From contig JBJEDL010000083.1 in NCBI GenBank assembly GCA_051872035.1, positions 692-64,691 of the forward strand: DNA of 64,000 nt, in the 5' to 3' direction. A model generated the notes under the pieces. The model ran no database searches and was not told where the DNA came from. It worked only from the letters and a program-made list of their open reading frames with translations. Positions 36,449 through 44,960 of this stretch are shown here, one piece after another. The translations under genes and the position numbers were made by a program. How positions within the stretch are numbered: the first letter of the stretch is position 1; every line of letters starts with the position of its first letter. The stretch comes from Lepagella sp. (GTDB lineage Bacteria; Bacteroidota; Bacteroidia; Bacteroidales; Muribaculaceae).

Positions 36449-38842
36449 TTATTTACCTGTGGTGATGCGGATTGAGATGCCTCCGTCGGGAGATACATTG
36501 ATCTCGAGAGTTGTGCCCTCGCCGAGTTTGAGGGTAGGAGTATTCTCTTTGCGACCTGTGGGGAGTACGCTCTTCGCTGCCGTACCACCCTCTACGGGTG
36601 ACAATGCTTTGTTGATGTCGACGGGATTTACACTCTTCACTTCAGCCTTCGGTGCGGGAGCTGCTGCCTGCTTGGCAGCGGGTGCAGGAGCAGGCTTGGC
36701 AGCGGGAGCAGGAGCAGGCTTGGCGCCACCCTTCACTGCACCGAACTCGATGATGGGCTGGTCGGTTGCCATTACTTCACCCTCTTCGATCAGGAGTGCA
36801 GCGATGGTGCCTTCACGATCGCTCGTGAGGTTGTTTTCCATCTTCATGGCTTCGTATACCAAGACTACATCACCCTTCTTCACGGTGTCGCCCGGTTTTA
36901 CCTTGAACTCAAGTACGGTGCCACCCATAGGTGCTTTCATCACTTCGCCGTTGCCCTCTACGACTACTGCCTCGGGTTCTGCCTTGGCTGCAGGTGCGGG
37001 AGCTGCGGCTACAGGAGCTACGCTTTCGCCGGCACCGGCAAATTCGATAAGCGCCTGTCCGGTGCCCATCACGTCGCCTTCGCCGATGAGGATGCGCTTC
37101 ACTACGCCTGCCTTGTCACATGCAAGGTCGTTCTCCATCTTCATGGCTTCATACACGAGCACTACGTCGCCCTTCTTCACTGTGTCGCCTACTTTGACAC
37201 GAAGCTCAAGCACGGTGCCTCCCATTGGTGCGGCAAACACTTCGCCGGTGACAGGGGCGGCTACAGGTGCTGCCGCTACGGCGGCAGGTGCGGCGGCTTT
37301 GTTAGCCTCGTATTCTGCTTTGCGCTTGTTGGTCAAGAAGGTCTTCGCTACTGTCGGAAGAAGTTCGAGAAGAAGGAATTCTTCTTCGTTGACTGCTAAC
37401 TTCACGCCACCGAATTTATCCAATTCAGGATTGGCGGGTGTCTTGTAGCTGCTTACGTCGTAGGGCTTCTCTTCTGCCGAGCCTGTGATCTGCTCACGGA
37501 ATTTAGGATCTACTGCTATTGGTGTTGTGCCATATTCTCCCTTTACCAAGGAGATGAATTGGTTGTTCTTGTTGGTATAGTCGGGCTTGCCGGCACGACG
37601 GTCCATTGCCAAGTTCACTGCCTGTGATCCTACGATCTGGCTGGTCGGCGTTACCAAGGGTACAAGTCCGGCGTCGCGTCTTACCTTCGGAATCAATTCC
37701 ATAGCCTCATTGAGCACATCCTCGGCGCCGAGCGAACGGAGGTTCGCTACCATGTTCGAGTACATACCGCCCGGTACTTCGGCATTCTTTACCAATTCGT
37801 TGGGCTTCGGGAAACCAAAGTATTCTTCGATCTTGTGACATGCTGCCAAGAGTTCTTCCTCTTTGTTGGCTTTTGCTGCCTCGATGGCTTTGTCGAATTC
37901 GGCATCGATCTCTTTGGGCATAACTTTGTATGCCTCGTCGAAGTCTTTCGGCCATTTGTCTTTGTTCAAGTCGAAGTCTGCCAAGGCTTTGCGTGCTTCC
38001 TTCAATTCGTGACGAATCTTCGCTACGGCTTCCATGTTGACCTCAAGTTCTACACCAAGTTTGCGGCAGAAGATGTCTACCAATTCGATAGCCGGTGCTG
38101 CCGAACCGCCGCCAAACCACCAAATGTTGGTGTCGACGATGTCGACGCCCTGGATGATCGCTGTCAATACTGATGCCAAACCATAACCGGGTGTACAGTG
38201 GGTGTGGAAGTCTACAGGCACCTTAAGTGCTTTCTTCAGCTTCGGCATAAGGCTGTAGATGCGGGCAGGATTTACAAGGCCTGCCATATCCTTCACTGTC
38301 ACCATCTTTGCACCAAGTTTCTCCATCTCAAGAGCCTTGTTGACAAAGTATTCGTCGGTGAACACTTTCTCTGCTTCAGGTGTGCCCTTCGGATCGACTG
38401 TGTAGCATACTGCTGTGTCGGATACGCCTCCAAGCTTGTTGATCATTGCGATCGAGCCTTTGATGTTGTTGATGTCGTTGAGGGCATCGAAGATACGCAT
38501 TACGTTCAGTCCATTCTCGATGGCTTTATTGTAGAAGCCTTCCAATACGCTGTCGGGATAGGGAACGTAGCCGAAGAGGTTACGCCCTCTCGAGAGGGCT
38601 GAAAGGAGGGAGATACCCTTCATGGCTTTGCTGCATGATCTCAGACGATCCCAGGGGCTCTCCCCAAGATAACGCATTACTGAGTCGGGAACTGCTCCTC
38701 CCCATACTTCCATAATATAAAACTTTGCATCACGATAGAGGGGAAGTAGTTTGTCTACATTCTCCTGCTTCATGCGGGTGGCGAAGAGAGACTGCTGGCC
38801 GTCGCGCAGCGTCAAGTCTCTGATTTGTAATTTCTTAGTCAC
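36449..38842 (-). CDS. oxaloacetate decarboxylase alpha / pyruvate carboxylase subunit B / transcarboxylase 5S-like protein with two biotinyl domains
   Basis: N-terminal HMGL-like carboxyltransferase (IRDLTLRDGQQS, DFHTHCTPG) and PYC_OADA region. Two biotinyl domains follow, each with VYEAMKMEN (Lys568 and Lys667), separated by Ala/Pro linkers. A 66-aa C-terminal tail has no recognisable motif. Confidence 0.85.
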   Translation of the reverse strand: MTKKLQIRDLTLRDGQQSLFATRMKQENVDKLLPLYRDAKFYIMEVWGGAVPDSVMRYLGESPWDRLRSCSKAMKGISLLSALSRGRNLFGYVPYPDSVLEGFYNKAIENGLNVMRIFDALNDINNIKGSIAMINKLGGVSDTAVCYTVDPKGTPEAEKVFTDEYFVNKALEMEKLGAKMVTVKDMAGLVNPARIYSLMPKLKKALKVPVDFHTHCTPGYGLASVLTAIIQGVDIVDTNIWWFGGGSAAPAIELVDIFCRKLGVELEVNMEAVAKIRHELKEARKALADFDLNKDKWPKDFDEAYKVMPKEIDAEFDKAIEAAKANKEEELLAACHKIEEYFGFPKPNELVKNAEVPGGMYSNMVANLRSLGAEDVLNEAMELIPKVRRDAGLVPLVTPTSQIVGSQAVNLAMDRRAGKPDYTNKNNQFISLVKGEYGTTPIAVDPKFREQITGSAEEKPYDVSSYKTPANPELDKFGGVKLAVNEEEFLLLELLPTVAKTFLTNKRKAEYEANKAAAPAAVAAAPVAAPVTGEVFAAPMGGTVLELRVKVGDTVKKGDVVLVYEAMKMENDLACDKAGVVKRILIGEGDVMGTGQALIEFAGAGESVAPVAAAPAPAAKAEPEAVVVEGNGEVMKAPMGGTVLEFKVKPGDTVKKGDVVLVYEAMKMENNLTSDREGTIAALLIEEGEVMATDQPIIEFGAVKGGAKPAPAPAAKPAPAPAAKQAAAPAPKAEVKSVNPVDINKALSPVEGGTAAKSVLPTGRKENTPTLKLGEGTTLEINVSPDGGISIRITTGK

Positions 38843-38908
38843 TGCCTTTTGGTTTTTTATTGTGTTATGGTATTTGATTGGTGTTTATTCCAATTTTTTT
38901 TCAATCTC

Positions 38909-38916
38909 CAAATATA
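38909..38916 (-). promoter_or_regulatory. -7 promoter box (TATATTTG) for the oadA-like gene
   Basis: Matches TAnnTTTG, 66 nt upstream of the ATG at 38842. Confidence 0.45.
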
Positions 38917-38967
38917 GCACTTATTTGCCAATAATTAAAGAAAATTTTCTCTTTTTTTCAAATTTTC

Positions 38968-39006
38968 CAAAAAAATATGGCGATGCCTTGATATTCGACA
39001 TCGCCA
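38968..39006 (-). terminator. terminator after the BACON-like lipoprotein gene
   Basis: Hairpin ATGGCGATG / CATCGCCAT (9 bp). On the minus strand it is followed by ATTTTTTT. Confidence 0.65.
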
Positions 39007-39034
39007 TTGATTATTCTTGTCGCGGTTTTGGGTG

Positions 39035-40405
39035 TTATTCTTTCCCTTTTTGTTTTACTTTAAAGGTGGTGTAGAGTGTCTCATCAAATCCACTAAACAA
39101 ATTCTTATAATATACATCGACTATCGCTTCGCGGCTCTCTTGCGAGTCGTTCCTATTTACTCGCAAGTAATAGTAATTATGACCATTATAGTTATTATCT
39201 ATCTCGCACCATTCCGAGCCTTCTCTTACTTCATATCTAAAATATTGACAATTTAATGTATATCCTTTGCTCGAGTCAATATAGATATCTTGGTATTGCC
39301 CGGTTATGCCCAATGCATCAATCTCTATATCCGAGAATGTAGGTATGAATGCAAATCCCTCTTGCTCTACATCGATTGTCTCTGAGACGCTTTGGTAGGA
39401 AAGTGTGATTGTCCCTTTTCGTTTTGTTAAGGATGTATTGCAGGAGTTCTTGATAACGATTGTGTTGCTCTGAACCTCTGCCTTAAGCCAATCTACAGAT
39501 GTCTTGACGCTAATCTGAGAGCGATCGATATTTGTCATAAACTCAATTACACGCGGATCGTTGTAATAGTTATTGTAATTGGTTTCATTTGGCTCGAGCG
39601 TAATTTTATTCTCAGGTATTGAAATGAAATCGCCTACACCCTTGATGGTTACGTTGATAGTTGTCACATCGCCATTGCCGGTTTTCAACTCTATTGTGCC
39701 TTGTGTGTCTTCTCCCGGCCATAAATCCGGATTTGTCGGCATACTAAGCCTTACACCTGTTTTGATGAATTGTGCTACATCGTCTTGTATAGAAGTTACT
39801 TCTGCCAAAGATTTGTTGACAACACTGAAGTTGGTGAAGGATTTGTTGGTAGTCTTGACTTCTACTGTCGGATTATCTTTTGATAGTACGACATTCTCGT
39901 TCTCAACAGAGATAGGCACCTCCGCGCCGGCAAATGGAACCTGATATTTGATGTCAAAACCGATCACTCCATTTGTTACAGCCTCTCCGATATAATCCTC
40001 TACATAAATCCGATAAAACTTAGGATTGTCGTAATCGTAGCCAATTCCATAAACATTATTTATCCTAGCTGCTACATATCCATGTCCAGGTATTACCTTG
40101 ACTCTTCTTGCCCATCCTGATGTCGGAATTATGGTAACATTTCCAAGTCCTTTTACCATACCGAGATCTACAAAGAAATATTGCGTACCATTTTCGGTAC
40201 AATGAAAGTTATTGTCGGAGCCAATGCCAAATCCATCTAACGTCGTGTCATCTCCATTGCGCATCGATAGAGTTACTGTCCCTTCAGGGTCTGCTACATT
40301 TTTGTCGGCATCAATTTTACCGGTATCCTCCGGATCATCTTTGCTGCATCCCATCATGCATGCCGTCAGCAATGCAATCATTAGTAGTTTTACTGTCCTT
40401 TTCAT
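39035..40405 (-). CDS. hypothetical multi-domain lipoprotein (jelly-roll-like N-domain + Ig/BACON-like repeats)
   Basis: Lipobox (MMGCSKDD). C-terminal repeats with a BACON-like pattern (…WLKAEV…RKGTITLSY…IDVEQEG; …EWCEID…RVNRNDSQESREAIVDVYY…KVKQKG). Codon usage is visibly AT-rich compared with its neighbours. Confidence 0.6.
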   Translation of the reverse strand: MKRTVKLLMIALLTACMMGCSKDDPEDTGKIDADKNVADPEGTVTLSMRNGDDTTLDGFGIGSDNNFHCTENGTQYFFVDLGMVKGLGNVTIIPTSGWARRVKVIPGHGYVAARINNVYGIGYDYDNPKFYRIYVEDYIGEAVTNGVIGFDIKYQVPFAGAEVPISVENENVVLSKDNPTVEVKTTNKSFTNFSVVNKSLAEVTSIQDDVAQFIKTGVRLSMPTNPDLWPGEDTQGTIELKTGNGDVTTINVTIKGVGDFISIPENKITLEPNETNYNNYYNDPRVIEFMTNIDRSQISVKTSVDWLKAEVQSNTIVIKNSCNTSLTKRKGTITLSYQSVSETIDVEQEGFAFIPTFSDIEIDALGITGQYQDIYIDSSKGYTLNCQYFRYEVREGSEWCEIDNNYNGHNYYYLRVNRNDSQESREAIVDVYYKNLFSGFDETLYTTFKVKQKGKE

Positions 40406-40721
40406 GTCGGTTACTTGCCGTCTCTTCCATCACCCTCGAAGAGACTCTCTTTTGTAGTTAGTTACTATTATCTACAAAGAAGCGTGGGGATGTTTCTTGC
40501 TTATTTTACAGAGGCATCGCCAAACGCCCAACACGAAATAAACAGTCCACCCTCACGCCTTTATCGCTATCTTCCCCATGGCGGGACGTGGATATACGAC
40601 AAGCATGAACGTTATCGACCGCTTTTGCCTTCGTGTTTATGAAATTGGCGATTTCCTGTAAAGGCATAAGCTTGATACGCTTCTTCTTTATATGTTATTT
40701 ACAGCGGTCTCCACCGCATTG

Positions 40722-40729
40722 CAAATTTA
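40722..40729 (-). promoter_or_regulatory. -7 promoter box (TAAATTTG) in the 515-bp spacer
   Basis: Matches TAnnTTTG. It is 316 nt upstream of the lipoprotein ATG (40405) and 54 nt upstream of a 53-codon sORF (40506..40667). Confidence 0.35.
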
Positions 40730-40920
40730 ATCTTTTATCCCCATATTAACAAATTTTATCCCAACATTCCGAAACTTACAGCGGGCGCAATGCGTACTTT
40801 GTAACCGATGTTAGTTTCAAAATCTGCTCAAAATTATACGCCTTTACGACCCCAAAAGTTTAAGGAAGGCGCTCTTGGCTCGACGGTAGGGTGACGTTAT
40901 GGGCAGTGTTATAATGGGCG

Positions 40921-43083
40921 TTAGTCTATTCTGACGTATTTTACCGGGCGGAGCATGAAGCCGGTGGGGCGGCCTGCGGTCGGTAGCATTTTTTTTGCTT
41001 TTACTTGCAATACGTAGACGGTATAGGGCTCCGTGAGATTGCTCCCTTTGGTGCCGATTGTGCTGCTCTGTAGGTAGGCGTCAGATCCCCATGTCTCTTC
41101 ATTATCTTTGTTGTCGACATAGCCGGTGGCAGGTATCATGATGCTGCTACCATCATATCCGTTTTTACCCGTCAATTTGAACCATGTCTTACCATTGATG
41201 GACTGTGTCTCTATCGTCGTGTTTGTTACCAATAACTGCAGATCATTCGCCGTCGGTATATACCACCCCTCCGGCCAGTTGAGCTGCACGATGTCATCTT
41301 CTTCTTTTAAGTCGCGAGTGTCCAAAGAGGTCGTCGATTCATTGTTGTATGCATACTTCGCAGCTATCGGACTGCTCATGTAGTCGTTATAACTGAACTT
41401 TGCCGGCTCTTCTGTATCTCCCCACGCAAGCCTTATACCGGGACTACCGGTGCATGACGACAAATATCCATCTTCATCGATGGCACTTCCATTGTATGTA
41501 TGCAATTCTACTTTCGACTCAACCCCATAGTTGAAGGGACTCCATAACACCTTGTAGGTTACCTCCCGACTCTCTCCCTCGACCTCCTCTGTGACTGTCT
41601 TGGTGATTCCCAAGTCTATAGCCAGTTCATCGATATGCTTCGTCACAATCTCTTTCTTATCTTCGGTCGTATAGGTGTACATCTCCTTCAGCACCGGACG
41701 AATATTATACCCCAAGTAACGATGATTTCCGGCTCTTCTAAGTGACGGGTTATTGGTCAATGTGTAGCAATAGGCATAGCCTCCGATGCTCCCTGACATA
41801 TAGTAGATGTAGCTCCCGGCAGTCAATGTCGAGTTATTGATGTAGCCATTGCTAAGCATCGAAATCTCGTTGCCATTAATCTTGCTGCGGAAGGTGACCT
41901 TCGATACATCTTTGTTCAACTCTTCGCAATAGACAGTCTCGGTATTCACCACTTCCGTATTGTCGATAAATTCCTGAAGATCATCCGAACTCGGCATGGT
42001 CCAATGCCCTCCCCAGTATTGATAGACCGGATCGTATGCCGTGCCGGAGATATTCGTCGGCAACAACGATGCCCCATTCTCCTGGTAGGGATCGTTGATA
42101 TATGTGCTATAATTATAGATATCCTTCTCAAACAATTCTCCCCACGCCAAACGACGCCCGAGCACGTTCTGCACACTCGCGATCTCCTCTGCATCCATAT
42201 ATGAGTCGCTCTCCGCACCAAAATTAATCGGACTCCACTTCACCCCTGACGGCAAACCAAGATCCACGGCACACCGCTCATCAACCCGATAGGTGTATAT
42301 GATGGAGTGTGTGCCATTGACGATGCTCACATCATCCCGCTTGTAGGATAACTGCTTCATCCCCGTCAGGCTGTTGCCTATCGAATATTTACCCGATATC
42401 GGCAACGCCACCGGACTCTCCGCATCGAGGATGTAGCGATAATGCTCCACATTGTTCTCGTCTACGGTCTTGGTAAACTTATATGCTGAAGCCCAGTCGC
42501 ATACATGCTCCTGAAGATAGGAGTTGTAGATGTCGATCTTGGCATATTTGTGCCTTAATATCAAGGTGGTGACGGCATTCGTGCCGGGGGAGGTGGGCTC
42601 GGTTACAAGCCAGTCGGTGGCTGCCTGTAGACTCTGATCCTCTGCCGGCGGTGTGAGAAGCGCCGCCACATCTGCCGGTCCGTTACAGCCGTCGAACGCC
42701 TCGGAGTAGGGATAGTATGCCATATACTTGTAGCCCAACTTATGCACCACTTCTTTGATCTCGGAGTTCAGATTCCATACCCTCCCATCGGGTGTCGTCA
42801 TCTTAATGTTCCTGGCATTCTTACCCTCGATTTCGGTTACGAATTTTCCTGTCGTACCGTCGATGATAAACATTCCGAAGGAGTCTCCCGCTTTGATGTC
42901 TTTGGTGATCTTATTGTCGCTCACCGACAATACATCCCCTCGCGTGGCTGCCTGATCGGACACTTCGACCTCAAACCGCATCACATGCCCGACTACTGCG
43001 TCCGACGGCAGATAAATGTCGTCGCTACATGCCGCCATTATAAGGCATATCGTCATGTATGTCAAGTAGATCACTCTCTTCAT
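40921..43083 (-). CDS. Mfa-like (type V pilin fold) lipoprotein with two C-terminal lectin-like (FISUMP/DUF1566-like) modules
   Basis: Lipobox (IMAACSDD). ATRGD site 27 aa after the Cys. Fimbrillin-like block LILRHKYAKIDIY. Two modules share the VDLGLPSG..W…NFG…LAWG(E/D)…W.(M/I)P…(D/E)L…(I/L)RPV pattern. The ATG overlaps the upstream stop (ATGA). Confidence 0.65.
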   Translation of the reverse strand: MKRVIYLTYMTICLIMAACSDDIYLPSDAVVGHVMRFEVEVSDQAATRGDVLSVSDNKITKDIKAGDSFGMFIIDGTTGKFVTEIEGKNARNIKMTTPDGRVWNLNSEIKEVVHKLGYKYMAYYPYSEAFDGCNGPADVAALLTPPAEDQSLQAATDWLVTEPTSPGTNAVTTLILRHKYAKIDIYNSYLQEHVCDWASAYKFTKTVDENNVEHYRYILDAESPVALPISGKYSIGNSLTGMKQLSYKRDDVSIVNGTHSIIYTYRVDERCAVDLGLPSGVKWSPINFGAESDSYMDAEEIASVQNVLGRRLAWGELFEKDIYNYSTYINDPYQENGASLLPTNISGTAYDPVYQYWGGHWTMPSSDDLQEFIDNTEVVNTETVYCEELNKDVSKVTFRSKINGNEISMLSNGYINNSTLTAGSYIYYMSGSIGGYAYCYTLTNNPSLRRAGNHRYLGYNIRPVLKEMYTYTTEDKKEIVTKHIDELAIDLGITKTVTEEVEGESREVTYKVLWSPFNYGVESKVELHTYNGSAIDEDGYLSSCTGSPGIRLAWGDTEEPAKFSYNDYMSSPIAAKYAYNNESTTSLDTRDLKEEDDIVQLNWPEGWYIPTANDLQLLVTNTTIETQSINGKTWFKLTGKNGYDGSSIMIPATGYVDNKDNEETWGSDAYLQSSTIGTKGSNLTEPYTVYVLQVKAKKMLPTAGRPTGFMLRPVKYVRID

Positions 43084-44957
43084 CGCTCTTCTATATTTAT
43101 GCGGATCACATCGCGGGTAGATTCGTTTACGTTCCAGTTCTTGCCTCCATACACCGGACGCACCAGCATGCCGGTGTAGCGGTGACCATTCTGCGTCAAA
43201 CCCATCAAAGTCACTGTCTCGCCGTTATGATTGACGTATGAGGATTGCTTCTTTATGGGAGCAACGTTGATAATTTTCCCGGTCCCATCTAAAGTATGCT
43301 TTACCTCCATCTCCATATAACTCGAGCAGTCGATATGGTCGTGCGATGCCGAAGAGGCAAAGTAATACATGCCGCCATAGTCCTCTTTCGGAATACCACC
43401 GGATATCACTCCATTAGAATTGCGTGATGCACATGCCATCATATCTATGCTCCAGTCACTCCATGTCCCGCCAGGAAAGTAGAGCACTTCGCCATTGATA
43501 ATACTCGTGAATTTGAATATCACCACCAAGTAGCGATAAGGCCTTACATCCTCCGTGCCATAAAACTCGGAGTTGTAGGCATGCAAGTTGATATAGTTGC
43601 CATCTCCGTCGGTAGCCGCTATCCAGGGTGCATAGCGCACATTGTCCTCATAATACCAGTCATACACCTCAATCGTGCAATTACGCATCAGCTCATCCAC
43701 CTCATTCTCATTGGGCATACGCCATTCCCCTTTCCAGAGCTTATTGCGCACCACGTCATATTCCGTGCCGGCGATGTTGCCATCGATATTGGCGTAGGTG
43801 TAACCGAGATCGATATATGTGCCCGGATAATATCCCTTCTTCGATCCGGATATCAATGGCGTCACTCCACCGCTGCCATTCAAGGCGTCGCCGGTGGAGG
43901 TAATTACCCCGCTATCATTAAGGATTATCGCCGGTTGTTCATATTTAGTGTCCAATTCTCCCCAAGCATAGTAGTCGCCTCGATCGAAATTCTCATGCAG
44001 TTCACTCTCCATAAGATCGGTCCTTATATTGCCGTCGGCATCATACCAATTTCCACCCCTCGCGGCTTGCTGCTTGGCAGTCTCAGTGCCGAAGTTATGG
44101 CTCGCCCAGATACACCCCGATGGCAATCCCATATCCACTCCCGATGTCTTGTAGGATACCAATGGCTGGGAGGAGATGGTGACATAGTGTGATCGGTTCT
44201 CTTTCAAGTCTACGTAGGCATGCCAGTAGGAGTACCCAATTATCTCAGTTTCTTCATCAGTAGTCGTCGCAAGTGCCCTCCCATATACCTCCACGTTGTC
44301 GCGTGGTATGGCAATGTAACTGTAGGTCACTTCTCCATCCGGTTTATACATCTGATCAAGGGTCACCGGACTCTCTAACTCCAAGTCGGTATCTTCGCCA
44401 TTATAATAGATCTTCAGCCTGCTCATGGCGTGGGTGAATGTCAGCTTCATGGTCACTCCCGAGATTTCCGCATCTCGGCAGATCAGCAGATTGGCGGCAT
44501 TATACACATCTTCGCTCGATTGGTCGGAATAAAGCGTTGGAAACAGCTCTTTGTGCTTCTCCACTATTCCATCGATTGATGTGTAACCATCATATCGAGC
44601 GTTATAGGGAGAGTAGGCAAAGTAGCGATAGTTCTCGTCGTAGTAAACATCGGAGGTAATCACATTGCCGGCATCGTCGACACGATATACATGACCGGTC
44701 TTCTGAACTTTATATCTGTAGTTGTCGGCTATTACTTCTCCCTTTTCATTCACCACAAAGAGTCCTATCTCATCGCCAACGGCAAAGGTGGTGTAGATAC
44801 CATTGATCGATGCGCGTGTTGACACATCTTTGACATCTTGATTGTATGCCACCACATCCACACGTATCTCGAGTGGAGTGCGTGCCTCTTCCATCAGAGC
44901 CTCCGTGGCGCAGGATGTCAGACATATCAGCGTGAGTAGCAGTATGATGTTTCTCAT
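43080..44957 (-). CDS. Mfa-like (type V pilin fold) lipoprotein with one C-terminal lectin-like module
   Basis: Lipobox (CLTSC). STRAS site. LTFTHAMSRLKIYY block. C-terminal VDMGLPSGCIWASHNFG…YYAWGE…GTEYD…WRMPNENEVDEL…LVRPVYG. Confidence 0.65.
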   Translation of the reverse strand: MRNIILLLTLICLTSCATEALMEEARTPLEIRVDVVAYNQDVKDVSTRASINGIYTTFAVGDEIGLFVVNEKGEVIADNYRYKVQKTGHVYRVDDAGNVITSDVYYDENYRYFAYSPYNARYDGYTSIDGIVEKHKELFPTLYSDQSSEDVYNAANLLICRDAEISGVTMKLTFTHAMSRLKIYYNGEDTDLELESPVTLDQMYKPDGEVTYSYIAIPRDNVEVYGRALATTTDEETEIIGYSYWHAYVDLKENRSHYVTISSQPLVSYKTSGVDMGLPSGCIWASHNFGTETAKQQAARGGNWYDADGNIRTDLMESELHENFDRGDYYAWGELDTKYEQPAIILNDSGVITSTGDALNGSGGVTPLISGSKKGYYPGTYIDLGYTYANIDGNIAGTEYDVVRNKLWKGEWRMPNENEVDELMRNCTIEVYDWYYEDNVRYAPWIAATDGDGNYINLHAYNSEFYGTEDVRPYRYLVVIFKFTSIINGEVLYFPGGTWSDWSIDMMACASRNSNGVISGGIPKEDYGGMYYFASSASHDHIDCSSYMEMEVKHTLDGTGKIINVAPIKKQSSYVNHNGETVTLMGLTQNGHRYTGMLVRPVYGGKNWNVNESTRDVIRINIEER

Positions 44958-44960
44958 ATC

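Noticed and set aside
36312-37448. 378-aa plus-strand ORF rich in Ala/Gly/Ser/Thr repeats (AGAGAAACLAAGAGAGLAAGAGAGLA)
   Set aside because: It is the mirror image of the Ala/Pro linkers and biotinyl domains of the oadA-like gene. It also runs across that gene's terminator hairpin. It is not a real repeat protein.
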